From: a bacterium
Lineage (GTDB): Bacteria; Patescibacteriota; Saccharimonadia; Saccharimonadales; JAUPVS01
Direction of reading: 5' to 3'
Assembly: GCA_029780855.1 (NCBI GenBank)
Contig: JAKOXV010000024.1
Coordinates: forward strand, 1 to 41,274
DNA length: 41,274 nucleotides
In this document: positions 19,663-28,649 of the stretch, one piece after another
Position numbering within the stretch: the stretch's first letter is position 1
How the letters are laid out: every line of letters begins with the position of its first letter
Program-made: the position numbers and the translations under genes
Notes under the pieces: generated by a model
The model's database searches: none
Seen by the model: the letters and a program-made list of their open reading frames with translations, nothing else
What the model was told of the DNA's origin: nothing

Positions 19663-20841
19663 ATGAGAAAACGGAAAGTTCTAATTCTCGGTGGCGGGTT
19701 TGCCGGTATTAAAGCGGCTCAAGACCTCAGTACGGATAGGCGTTTTGATATCACACTCGTTAGCGAAGAGGATCATTTTAGATTTTATCCGGCCCTATAC
19801 CATACGGCCACGGGGGGTGCTAGAAAACTTTCCCAAATTTCGCTGAGCGAACTTTTTAGTAAAACATCAGTACGAGTGTTGAGGGCTAGGGCAGAGACAG
19901 TCCACCGAACAACCAAAACAGTACACACAAAAGGAGCGGGCACTATTTCGTACGATACGCTCCTCATTGCCCTCGGCATGACGACAAACTATTTTGGAAT
20001 CCCGGGATTAGAGCAGTATTCATATGGCATTAAGTCCGTAGATGAAGCCGAACGATTTAAGAAACATCTGCATGACCAAATACTCAGAGATAAAAAACCC
20101 GATCTGCATTATGTCATTGTTGGTGGAGGTCCTACGGGGGTAGAACTCGCCGGCATGCTCCCGAGCTACCTCTCGCAGATTATGAAACACCATGGAATAA
20201 AACATAAGCGAGCACATGTAGAGCTAATCGAAGCAGCACCACGCATTCTTCCGCGATTACCAAAAGATGTATCCAAGGCAACTGCCAGGCAGCTCCGAAA
20301 ACTCGGAGTTGCGGTACGCACTAATCAAAAAGTTGAAGCCGAGACAGCTGATGCCCTGATGATAAACGGCAAGCCCCTAAAGAGTCATACCGTGGTCTGG
20401 ACAGCTGGAGTAGCCTGCAATTCTTTCTTTTTACAGAATAATTTCACCATGAGTGAACATCATAAGGTTGTAGTTAATAATTATCTGCAGGTGGAAGGAA
20501 ACATATATGTCATGGGGGATAATGCCGATACCCCCTATAGTGGAGTCGCCCAAACTGCACTGTATGATGCCCGGTTTGTGGCACGCAACCTAAAGCTTAT
20601 AGCAAGCGGTCGCCCACCTAAACAGTACAAACCCAAACTTCCGTTGTACGTAACACCCACCGGTCCAGGCTGGGCTACGCTCGTTTGGGGCAAACTTCAC
20701 CTACATGGCTGGCTTGCCGGCGCAGTACGCAAACTTGCTGATTTAATTGCCTACCACGATTACCAACCATGGTGGTCCGCTTCAAAACGCTGGTTAGCCG
20801 AAGAAGCTCACGAAGAACCGTGTTTCATGTGCAATGACTAG
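19663..20841 (+). CDS. ndh: Type II NADH:quinone oxidoreductase family FAD-dependent oxidoreductase
   Basis: Two Rossmann motifs (ILGGGFAG; IVGGGPTGVELAG), WTAGV and GD...AQ.A. SD AAGGAG spacing favours the ATG at 19663. Confidence 0.8.
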   Translation: MRKRKVLILGGGFAGIKAAQDLSTDRRFDITLVSEEDHFRFYPALYHTATGGARKLSQISLSELFSKTSVRVLRARAETVHRTTKTVHTKGAGTISYDTLLIALGMTTNYFGIPGLEQYSYGIKSVDEAERFKKHLHDQILRDKKPDLHYVIVGGGPTGVELAGMLPSYLSQIMKHHGIKHKRAHVELIEAAPRILPRLPKDVSKATARQLRKLGVAVRTNQKVEAETADALMINGKPLKSHTVVWTAGVACNSFFLQNNFTMSEHHKVVVNNYLQVEGNIYVMGDNADTPYSGVAQTALYDARFVARNLKLIASGRPPKQYKPKLPLYVTPTGPGWATLVWGKLHLHGWLAGAVRKLADLIAYHDYQPWWSASKRWLAEEAHEEPCFMCND

Positions 20842-20879
20842 TTCAGCGGCCCCTAAGTACTTCATGACATAATGTACGT

Positions 20880-21476
20880 ATGGCCAAACATTTTAGTACC
20901 GAACTTGAATACTGGGTAAACAACACCAAGCACAAAACCATCGCCTCACTCAACGAGTTAGCTGATGAAAAAGGTTTTGCTATTCTTTTTTTACTCTTAA
21001 TGTCGATTCCGGCATTGCCGCTTCCTACCGGCGGCGTAACACATTTGTTTGAACTCATAGTTATGATTATCTGTTTGGAGCTTATCATCGGGAGACGATC
21101 ATTATGGTTACCTAAGAAATGGCAAAAACGGAAACTACCGAAAACCATAGAGACCAAGACTATTCCTTTTTTAATAAAAATTATCCGTTGGTTTGAACGC
21201 TATTCGCGACCTCGACTTGCCGGCTTGCTCAAACATCGCTTATTCTCTCCCATTATTGGCCTGATTGTATTCGGATTTACGCTTGGAGCTTTCTTGGCTC
21301 CACCTTTCTCAGGCTTGGACACGCTGCCTTCTTTAGGCGTCGTTTTCCTTTCTATAGGTCTGATACTGGAAGATACGGCAATTTTGCTCTTTGGGATCTT
21401 GGTCGGTTTATTAGGAGTACTTTTAGAAATCGGGCTCAGTAGCATTATCGTGCATCAGTTATCTCGTTTGTTTTAA
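20880..21476 (+). CDS. Exopolysaccharide synthesis ExoD-family membrane protein
   Basis: GFAILFLLLMSIPALPLP, LWLPK, RWFERYSRPRL, PF..DTLP and GLILED pattern matches the ExoD family. Confidence 0.82.
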   Translation: MAKHFSTELEYWVNNTKHKTIASLNELADEKGFAILFLLLMSIPALPLPTGGVTHLFELIVMIICLELIIGRRSLWLPKKWQKRKLPKTIETKTIPFLIKIIRWFERYSRPRLAGLLKHRLFSPIIGLIVFGFTLGAFLAPPFSGLDTLPSLGVVFLSIGLILEDTAILLFGILVGLLGVLLEIGLSSIIVHQLSRLF

Positions 21477-21514
21477 TTTTTCTGATATACTTCGTATTAA
21501 GCTAACGTATATAC

Positions 21515-22933
21515 ATGGCAGAAAATACACAAACACCTAACGGTACCGATCCGATCCTGCCGCAGAAACCGCGGAAGGATTTGATTACGCGTACATCTGA
21601 AGCACCTGCTCAGATGCTTGAAAAGACGATCGAAGAAGCTCAAAAAGTAGCTAATAAAGTTCCTGCCACAAAAGCACTTAAAAAGGGTAAAGATTACTGG
21701 CACATGCTAGGACCAGGCTTAACTACCGGAGCGTCTGACGATGATCCATCTGGTATTGCAACTTACTCTCAAACGGGCGCTCAGTTTGGGTTCCAGTTTC
21801 TGTGGCTGTCGGTCGTAACATTCCCACTTATGTCAATCGTACAGGAAATGTGTGCGCGCATCGGCTTAGTAACCGGAAGGGGACTGGCCGGTAATATCCG
21901 TTTACATTTTCCTAAGCGAGTACTTTACTGGAGTGCGCTCCTTCTATTTGCCGCGAATACTTTTAATATTGGGGCTGATTTAGGAGCGATGGCCAAGGGA
22001 GTTCAGCTACTTCTACCAGGATGGAACTTTGCCGTTTTAGTCATCGGTTTTACTCTTTTGAGTTTATTTTTACAGATTTTTACTCCTTACGCCCGGTATG
22101 CTAAATATCTTAAGTGGCTCGCTTTAGTACTTTTTTCATATGTTTTATCGGCATTGCTCGCAAACTTAAATTGGGGTCAGATATTGAAAGAAGGCTTAGT
22201 CCCTAGCATGCAGTTTAATAAAGAACAGCTACTGTTACTTGCCGCAATCCTTGGTACCACCATTTCGCCCTACCTTTTTTTCTGGCAGACCTCTCAAGAA
22301 GTGGAAGAGCAAATCGTACAGGGAAAAACTTCAATTGCACTACGCCGCGAAACATCTCCGGACGATATGAAAAATATGCGTGTAGATGTATGGTCGGGCA
22401 TGCTTCTTTCTAATGTTGTTATGTTCTTCATTATTGCTGCGTGTGGAGCATTACTATTCAAAAACGGAATTACCAATATCACCACCGCGTCACAAGCAGC
22501 AGAAGCACTACGACCTTTTGCCGGCGATTCAGCGTACCTGCTTTTTGCCATCGGAATAATAGGAACCGGCCTACTCGCCATACCAGTACTTGCAGGATCT
22601 AGTTCGTATGCGCTAGCAGAAAGTTTTCGCTGGAGAGGTGGCCTAAACAGCAACCTCAAGCAAGCCCATGCATTTTACGGTGTGATTATTATTTCCATGC
22701 TGGTGGGAATGGGATTGAACTTTGTGGGTCTAGATCCCATCAAAGCGCTAATCTACTCCGCCGTCTCAAACGCGATCGTGGCACCGCTGGTACTTATGCT
22801 AATAGTTCTCCTCAGTAGCAACAAACGGGTAATGGGCGAGTGGGTCAACAAACCATTTGTCACCTTTATGGGATGGACAGTTACTGTAGTAATGCTGCTT
22901 GCTGGCCTCGGTGCCATCTGGTCGCTATTCTAG
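21515..22933 (+). CDS. NRAMP-family divalent metal transporter
   Basis: LGPGLTTGASDDDPSGIATYSQ.GA, GTTISPYLFFWQ and about 11 TM helices. Confidence 0.9.
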   Translation: MAENTQTPNGTDPILPQKPRKDLITRTSEAPAQMLEKTIEEAQKVANKVPATKALKKGKDYWHMLGPGLTTGASDDDPSGIATYSQTGAQFGFQFLWLSVVTFPLMSIVQEMCARIGLVTGRGLAGNIRLHFPKRVLYWSALLLFAANTFNIGADLGAMAKGVQLLLPGWNFAVLVIGFTLLSLFLQIFTPYARYAKYLKWLALVLFSYVLSALLANLNWGQILKEGLVPSMQFNKEQLLLLAAILGTTISPYLFFWQTSQEVEEQIVQGKTSIALRRETSPDDMKNMRVDVWSGMLLSNVVMFFIIAACGALLFKNGITNITTASQAAEALRPFAGDSAYLLFAIGIIGTGLLAIPVLAGSSSYALAESFRWRGGLNSNLKQAHAFYGVIIISMLVGMGLNFVGLDPIKALIYSAVSNAIVAPLVLMLIVLLSSNKRVMGEWVNKPFVTFMGWTVTVVMLLAGLGAIWSLF

Positions 22934-23734
22934 AAATTCAGCTCTGTCATAATGGTATTCTACAAGATGATCAAGAGAGTCGAGCTCTGAATCAGTCAGG
23001 TTGAACATTTGGGCATCCCAGTTTTCCTGAAGGTGTTCAGCACTGGTAGCTTTCGGAATAGGTATAGCTCCGGTGGCTATAGACCAGCGCAATAACACCT
23101 GAGCCGTAGATTTATGATGATTTTCAGCGATCCTTTCTAGCAACGGATAGGAAAGATCGTGCGCTCGAGTAAGTGGGGAATAAGCCATTACTGCTATGTT
23201 GCGTCGCAGGCAGTAGCGAAATAACTGGTTTTGATTCACAAAGGGATTAAACTCAATCTGATTTACCGCCGGACGAACCGTGCCTTCTTCCAACATTTCG
23301 TCCAGGTACTCTATGTCGTAATTACTAACTCCAATACTGCGACAGAGCCCCTGTTTTTGTGCACCCTCCAATCCTTGCCACATATCTATACGATTACCGT
23401 CCATAGGGGGCCAGTGAATGAGTAGCAGATCAACATACTCGAGCTGTAGCTCTTTCAGGTGATCTTGAAGCCGTTCGGTTACACCATGAGGTATCTGAGA
23501 GGGCATCAGTTTGGTGACAATGAAGAGTTCGTTTCGATTTACATCACTGGACTTGATCGCCTCACCAATCTGCCTTGCGTTGTTATACATGACCGCCGTA
23601 TCAATCAAACGGTAGCCAATTTTAAGCGCCCTAGCCACCACCTCTTTTGCCTGGGTGCCTTTGAGCTGGCTTGTCCCCAATCCAATGACCGGCATAGTAT
23701 TACCATCATTTAACGTGACGGTTTCTTTTTTCAT
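22925..23734 (-). CDS. Aldo/keto reductase
   Basis: MPVIGLGT, GYRLIDTA.MY, LFIVTK, YVDLLLIHWP, SIGVSNY, VNQIEF, AYSPL and IPK motifs. Confidence 0.93.
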   Translation of the reverse strand: MKKETVTLNDGNTMPVIGLGTSQLKGTQAKEVVARALKIGYRLIDTAVMYNNARQIGEAIKSSDVNRNELFIVTKLMPSQIPHGVTERLQDHLKELQLEYVDLLLIHWPPMDGNRIDMWQGLEGAQKQGLCRSIGVSNYDIEYLDEMLEEGTVRPAVNQIEFNPFVNQNQLFRYCLRRNIAVMAYSPLTRAHDLSYPLLERIAENHHKSTAQVLLRWSIATGAIPIPKATSAEHLQENWDAQMFNLTDSELDSLDHLVEYHYDRAEFLE

Positions 23735-23916
23735 AAAACCTCCCTGAATCTTTCCATGATACCGCCAACCACTATACGTCCGCTGTAACCCCGTTACTAT
23801 TAGAAAACCCGCACACTACAATACTGTGGATATTTTTGATGTGAAATATTTCGTAGTAAGCATTTCAGGAACGGAGTATGCTGAGGGCGTAACTAATAGG
23901 TAAGGAGGAAGTGGTA

Positions 23917-24252
23917 ATGAATGACAAAGCTAAACTAGTCCTGTTTTCTCTCGCCGGAGCAGCGGCAGGCGTTGCAGCAGGTGTGCTTCTTGCTCCTCAG
24001 AGTGGCAAAAAAACTAGACAGCAAATAGCCAGTACCGCGGAAGAAGCGAGTAGCAGGGCCAAAGATAAAATGCACGAAGGCATGGAAGAAGCAAAAGGAA
24101 AGTTAGACGATAGCCTCAAGCATGCCCAAGAACTACGAAACCAGCTGGCAGAAACTATCCGGCTCAGCAAAGATGAAGCTCAGCAAAAGAAGGAAGATGC
24201 AAAAAACCAGTTTAAAAATCGACTGCGCGAAGCGACCGATGAGGAGGACTAA
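23917..24252 (+). CDS. YtxH-domain (general stress) protein
   Basis: GAAAGVAAGVLLAPQSGKKTR signature followed by a coiled coil. SD AAGGAGG fits the ATG at 23917. Confidence 0.85.
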   Translation: MNDKAKLVLFSLAGAAAGVAAGVLLAPQSGKKTRQQIASTAEEASSRAKDKMHEGMEEAKGKLDDSLKHAQELRNQLAETIRLSKDEAQQKKEDAKNQFKNRLREATDEED

Positions 24253-24255
24253 GCT

Positions 24256-24522
24256 ATGAGTATTATTTTATGGATTATATTTGGTGCATTGGTAGGCTGG
24301 ATTGCCTCATTAATCATGAAGACTGATGAAGAACAGGGAATGATAGGCAATATAGTCGTGGGAATTGTCGGTGCGTTTCTTGGTGGATTTATTTCTGGAC
24401 TATTTGGAGGACCATCAGTAACGGGATTCAATCTGGTAAGTATTTTAGTCGCCATTGTGGGCGCCGTAGTATTGCTATTCATTGTTAAGCTTTTCACGGG
24501 GAGAAGTTCATCTTCAATCTAA
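24256..24522 (+). CDS. GlsB/YeaQ/YmgE-family stress response membrane protein
   Basis: WIIFGALVGWIASLIM...NIVVGIVGAFLGG...AIVGAVVLL. Confidence 0.9.
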   Translation: MSIILWIIFGALVGWIASLIMKTDEEQGMIGNIVVGIVGAFLGGFISGLFGGPSVTGFNLVSILVAIVGAVVLLFIVKLFTGRSSSSI

Positions 24523-24931
24523 AATTGTGCTGATTATCACACGATTGCTGTGAGATATTTCCTAGCAGCCTGCTGCCAACCTATATTAAGCTATAAGCGT
24601 TAATGAGGAGAGGGTAGAATATGAGAAGATCCGGGGTAAAAACACGAAAGTTATCCAAAGGTGAACTACAATATTTAGCAAGCAATAAACCATAGCGATG
24701 GTCGACGCTTGTGGTCATGGAGGGGAGGCTACATGCATACAAATGAAGATAGCGTAGTGGGACCGCCACCATTCGATCCGGCAATGCCGATAAAGTAGCG
24801 GTACCACGCACAGGAGAAGTTTCTTATCCACAAATGCCGAATCCTTACGAGGATGGGACTTACCCAACCGCCAGAGAGGCGGGTACATAGAGCAGGGTAT
24901 AGCAGACCAAAATCGTAGGGATTTTTCTATT

Positions 24932-26152
24932 TTATTCGTACCGTAGCGCTTCGATAGGGTCTTTGCGTGCAGCAATTGCGGCCGGCATAACTCCAAAAAT
25001 TATACCGATACACCACGCCGCTCCCGTTGCACCCACAATAACCGGAACGGTAATAACAGGGTGTAGGTTCGTACCGATTCTAATCCCAAAGTTAACGAGC
25101 AGCGCAACTGAAACGCCAACTAGTCCGCCAAAGAAACTGAGTACCGCCGCCTCTACTAAAAATTGATTGAGAATCTGCCGATTCGTCGCGCCGATCGCTT
25201 TTCTGATTCCGATTTCTCGGGTTCGCTCTGTAACCGAAACCAACATTATATTCATAATTCCAATTCCTCCCACGAGTAGAGCGATACCTGCAACCGCCGT
25301 AACTAACTGGGTTATGAGATCGACACTTTGCTGGGCGCTCGCTAAGTTTTGGGCTTGGGTAAGTACCGTAAAATCTTGTTGACCGGCATGTGATACAAAC
25401 AGACGATGATTAATATCCTGAGCAAAGGCATCGGCCTGTTTACTATCCTCCAGCTTCACAATAATGTCGGAAATTGGCACCGGTGCGTCAGCAAGCTGTT
25501 TGCTAACGTTATAGGGAATAAATATAGCTTTGTTGAGGTCTGCACCCGGAAGTAACGTATCGCTCCCAAAATCTTCAAATACTCCCCGTACAATAAAATC
25601 CTGACCACGTAGTTGGAGCGTCCTACCAATAGGTACGTTTTCCTTAAATAATTGTTCGGCAACCGATTTTCCTATAACCACAACCTCACGGTTATTCTCG
25701 CCGGTGCTAAAAAATACCCCGAACTCAACCTTATGCCCGATTGCAGTGGCAAATTCGTCAGTAGTGGCAATAACCGTACTCCCGGGTAATGTTTTGCCGT
25801 CTACCTCAGGAGTTCCACTACCTGCACCAACCGGCACGGCAGCCGAAACTCCTGGAGTTTGTGATACGACTGAAAGATCTTTTTCTGAAAGTGAAGCATT
25901 TCCCTTTGAAAAAACATTATTTGTAGCGAGACTTGGAAGTGGCTGCTCTGCAGGGGCCCCACTTTTAACAATAACCAGATCTTTTCCAAAAGAATTGATC
26001 TGCTTAGATACTTCATTTTTGACACCCTCACCTAAGCTCACCGTAGTAACTACTGATACAATTCCAATAATTATCCCTAGCATTGTCAGAAAACTGCGCC
26101 ACTTGGAGGTACGCAATGAAGCGATGGCAATTTTTACGTCACCTTGCATCAT
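24932..26152 (-). CDS. ABC transporter permease (MacB family)
   Basis: RSFLTMLGIIIGI, GGIGIMNIMLVSVTERTREIGIRKAIGA and DPIEALRYE. Confidence 0.93.
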   Translation of the reverse strand: MMQGDVKIAIASLRTSKWRSFLTMLGIIIGIVSVVTTVSLGEGVKNEVSKQINSFGKDLVIVKSGAPAEQPLPSLATNNVFSKGNASLSEKDLSVVSQTPGVSAAVPVGAGSGTPEVDGKTLPGSTVIATTDEFATAIGHKVEFGVFFSTGENNREVVVIGKSVAEQLFKENVPIGRTLQLRGQDFIVRGVFEDFGSDTLLPGADLNKAIFIPYNVSKQLADAPVPISDIIVKLEDSKQADAFAQDINHRLFVSHAGQQDFTVLTQAQNLASAQQSVDLITQLVTAVAGIALLVGGIGIMNIMLVSVTERTREIGIRKAIGATNRQILNQFLVEAAVLSFFGGLVGVSVALLVNFGIRIGTNLHPVITVPVIVGATGAAWCIGIIFGVMPAAIAARKDPIEALRYE

Positions 26153-27012
26153 AGCTTTCTGTTCCTTTGCTTTGCCGAGGAGCGCTTTTTGGTAGTTTTA
26201 CGTTTGCGAGTTTTAGGTTGCTTACCAGGCAGAGCGTTCATGAGCGCTGAAACGCCCGCCAGATCATCTTCTTCTGTCTTTTTCTGAACGCTAAAAATAA
26301 ATCGTTTTGCTCGCGCAGGCACTTTGCCGACATCAGTCTGTTCGTCATGCATAATCATGCCATCTTGCATATAGATAACTCGACTAGCGTAGCGAGTGAG
26401 GTTCGGGTTGTGTGTTACAAGTAAAATAGTGTTGCCGCTCTTATGGATATCACTCAGCAGTTCCATAACTAGCAAGCTTGCGGCGGTATCGAGGTTGCCG
26501 GTTGGTTCATCGGCGATAATGACATCCGGATTATTGACGAGCGCTCGGGCAATGGCTACCCGTTGCATCTGTCCACCACTCAGTTGTCGAGGAAAATAGT
26601 ACTCTCGATCTTCCAGTCCGACACGCTCCATAACAACGCTTGCTTGCTTCAATCTCCGACCATGCAGCATGCCTTTGTACGCAAGCGGTAGAGCGACATT
26701 TTCTAACGCCGTGAGCTTAGGCAAAAGATTAAAGGACTGGAATACAAAACCGATTTTATCTCGACGTATTTTGGCCTGGCGTGAAGCGCGCAAACGGGCG
26801 ACTGAGCGGCTGTTAAAGTTGTACTGCCCATGCGTCGGTCGATCTAGCATGCCGATTATATTCATCAGCGTAGATTTACCGGAACCGCTTGGTCCCATAA
26901 TTGCCACAAACTCTCCTTTTTCTATAGAAATGGAAATTTCATCCAAAGCTACGGTTGTGGCATCGCCGAAGCCGTACAGTTTACTGACGTCTTTCAATTC
27001 AATAATTGGCAT
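26149..27012 (-). CDS. ABC transporter ATP-binding protein (MacB/LolD family) with basic C-terminal tail
   Basis: GPSGSGKST, LSGGQMQR and ADEPTGNLD. Start probably MPIIELK at 27012. Confidence 0.92.
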   Translation of the reverse strand: MPIIELKDVSKLYGFGDATTVALDEISISIEKGEFVAIMGPSGSGKSTLMNIIGMLDRPTHGQYNFNSRSVARLRASRQAKIRRDKIGFVFQSFNLLPKLTALENVALPLAYKGMLHGRRLKQASVVMERVGLEDREYYFPRQLSGGQMQRVAIARALVNNPDVIIADEPTGNLDTAASLLVMELLSDIHKSGNTILLVTHNPNLTRYASRVIYMQDGMIMHDEQTDVGKVPARAKRFIFSVQKKTEEDDLAGVSALMNALPGKQPKTRKRKTTKKRSSAKQRNRKL

Positions 27013-27098
27013 ACTTTGTCTAGTGTACCTCTGATCCAACAGATTGCACAAGGTGTTTTTGTAGTAAAATTTCAGTTATAATGGTCGGGTTACACTGA

Positions 27099-27188
27099 GG
27101 AGAGGTGTCCGAGTGGCTGAAGGAGCACGCTTGGAAAGCGTGTGTGCGGGCAACCGTACCGCGGGTTCGAATCCCGCTCTCTCCGCCA
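27099..27188 (+). tRNA. tRNA-Ser(GGA)
   Basis: GGAGAGG acceptor stem, anticodon arm CACGC-TTGGAAA-GCGTG, long variable arm, GGTTCGAATCC T-loop and encoded CCA. Confidence 0.97.
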
Positions 27189-27229
27189 TTAGGAATATAT
27201 ACTATAATGTTGTGTGATATAGTTAAGCT

Positions 27230-27553
27230 ATGACTGAATATGCTGAACGCTTTTATGCGATAGCTCAAGAACAACAGCACACTCCTAGACGCGCACATCC
27301 AGGTGTACCGGCATTTATTGCTCGGCTTTTTAGGTCCCAGCGACAGTGCGAGCTTGATGCCGTCCACCAATCACTTAATACTAAGAAAAATGAACTGTGG
27401 CAAAACCTATCGTCAGAGGAAAAGGATTACTATGACCCGTTAGCCGTGCTCATTGGCCCGCATGGTCCTGGCATTCCATCCGAAGGCTGGTCCGACACCT
27501 TCGATGAAGAAACGGCACGCAAGATACTCGAATTTCTTCCTGAAGAAGATTAG
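27230..27553 (+). CDS. Hypothetical protein (107 aa)
   Basis: Clean ORF with TGnTATAGT 6 nt upstream of the ATG; no family recognised. Confidence 0.6.
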   Translation: MTEYAERFYAIAQEQQHTPRRAHPGVPAFIARLFRSQRQCELDAVHQSLNTKKNELWQNLSSEEKDYYDPLAVLIGPHGPGIPSEGWSDTFDEETARKILEFLPEED

Positions 27554-27568
27554 CAACAGAACGAAGTG

Positions 27569-27624
27569 ACGCAGTTTCGTCGTTTACGACTCGTCAGCAT
27601 GATTCATGTACTCATGGACTGCGT
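27569..27624 (-). ncRNA. Type III hammerhead ribozyme (HHR1)
   Basis: Minus strand reads ACGCAGUC^CAUGA-guacaugaa-UCAUG-CUGACGA-GUCG-uaaa-CGAC-GAAACUGCGU. Complete CUGANGA and GAAA core, GUC triplet, perfect stems I (5 bp), II (4 bp) and III (7 bp). Predicted cut between 27617 and 27616. Confidence 0.92.
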
Positions 27625-27809
27625 AGGTGAGAAGAGGTAATGGGATCGCGTGAGCGATCAACCAATAGAGTTCTCCTCACAGGAGATTAGCGTTCTCCCG
27701 AACGGGTTGTTTTGTTATAGGCACTACGACGCCCAAACACGTACACCGAACCACCGGCGGCTCAAGTTTACTTGTTTTATTAGCCTTGAGTAGCTAGCAC
27801 ATCATCCGA

Positions 27810-28505
27810 TCAGTCCGACGTCTCTCCGTCATCGATGACGGCAGTCGCCTGACCGTTGGAGCCATGGCCGTTCATGGAGCCGTTGCCGAGGCTCTTCATG
27901 AGCATGGCTCCGAGTCCACCGACGATGTCCTGGTTGCCCTGTGGGGTGATGTGCATCACCTTGAGCTCCATCGGGTCGACTTGTTGCATCGCCGTCTCCG
28001 TGCCGTGGGAGATGATCTCTCCGAACGTCTCGGTGGGGGTGATGACAACGAAGCCGATGGGATGGATGGGGGCAGTCGTGCCTGGCGGCAGAACGGGACG
28101 CTGGACACCTCGCATGCCGCCGTTGTACAGGAAGTGGCGGACGTCCTCGAAGTTGCCGAACTCCGCCTTGTAGGTGGCGGACTTGGCGCCCGTCGGAAGC
28201 GGCACCCCGACCTGCGAGATGACCAACCCGATGTGATCAGGGGGGACCTGAACCCACGGGTAGCGCTTGACCGAGTAGAACGGCCAGACCTTGATGCGCA
28301 TGCCGGGCATGAGCAGGTCGGCCTGGTAGCCGGCCTCACCGTTGAGGGCGATCAGGCTGTTGCTCTTCTTGCCGAAGCGCTTGGTGACGAGACCGACCTG
28401 GCTCGGGTCGATCGCGTGGAATGAATTCTTGAGCACCAGCAACACGAGGAGTGCCACCAGTACTACGGGGATGATGATTTGGAAAGGAACGCTGTCCAGG
28501 TTCAT
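27810..28505 (-). CDS. GC-rich flotillin/SPFH-family-related membrane protein, apparently internally deleted (231 aa)
   Basis: Start MNLDSV at 28505 behind AGAGAAAGAGG. TM helix, then VGLVTKRFG, IALNGEAGYQADLLMPG and RGVQRPVLPPG as recalled for N-termini of long flotillin-like proteins. No Band-7 core or coiled coil visible. A sample line is 41/60 GC. Confidence 0.7.
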   Translation of the reverse strand: MNLDSVPFQIIIPVVLVALLVLLVLKNSFHAIDPSQVGLVTKRFGKKSNSLIALNGEAGYQADLLMPGMRIKVWPFYSVKRYPWVQVPPDHIGLVISQVGVPLPTGAKSATYKAEFGNFEDVRHFLYNGGMRGVQRPVLPPGTTAPIHPIGFVVITPTETFGEIISHGTETAMQQVDPMELKVMHITPQGNQDIVGGLGAMLMKSLGNGSMNGHGSNGQATAVIDDGETSD

Positions 28506-28547
28506 TGAACCTCTTTCTCTGTTGGTGAATGGAGGACAAGCTAAAAA

Positions 28548-28576
28548 ATTATAGTATCTTTTTGTAATATAGTCAA
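28548..28576 (-). promoter_or_regulatory. Near-consensus sigma70 promoter TTGACT-N17-TATAAT for the SPFH-like gene
   Basis: -35 at 28576-28571, -10 at 28553-28548, spacer exactly 17 nt. Confidence 0.85.
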
Positions 28577-28649
28577 TATAATGTGCCTCATACAATACAG
28601 CTTCCGCTTCCTTAGCAGCACAGCCTGAAGCTGCTATACTTTTGCATAT

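Noticed and set aside
27555-27716. Plus-strand multi-stem ncRNA with a GUGA tetraloop
   Set aside because: Most stems are mirror images of minus-strand structures, and the hammerhead core exists only on the minus strand.
27821-27831. tctctccgtca resembles the tRNA-Ser 3' end (tctctccgcca), a possible att site
   Set aside because: Only a 10/11 match, inside a coding sequence, does not bracket the GC-rich gene, and no integrase is present.
27856-28554. Several overlapping ORFs (105, 186, 127, 70 aa) across the SPFH-like gene
   Set aside because: Expected stop-poor shadow frames of a high-GC3 gene; no promoter or family motifs.
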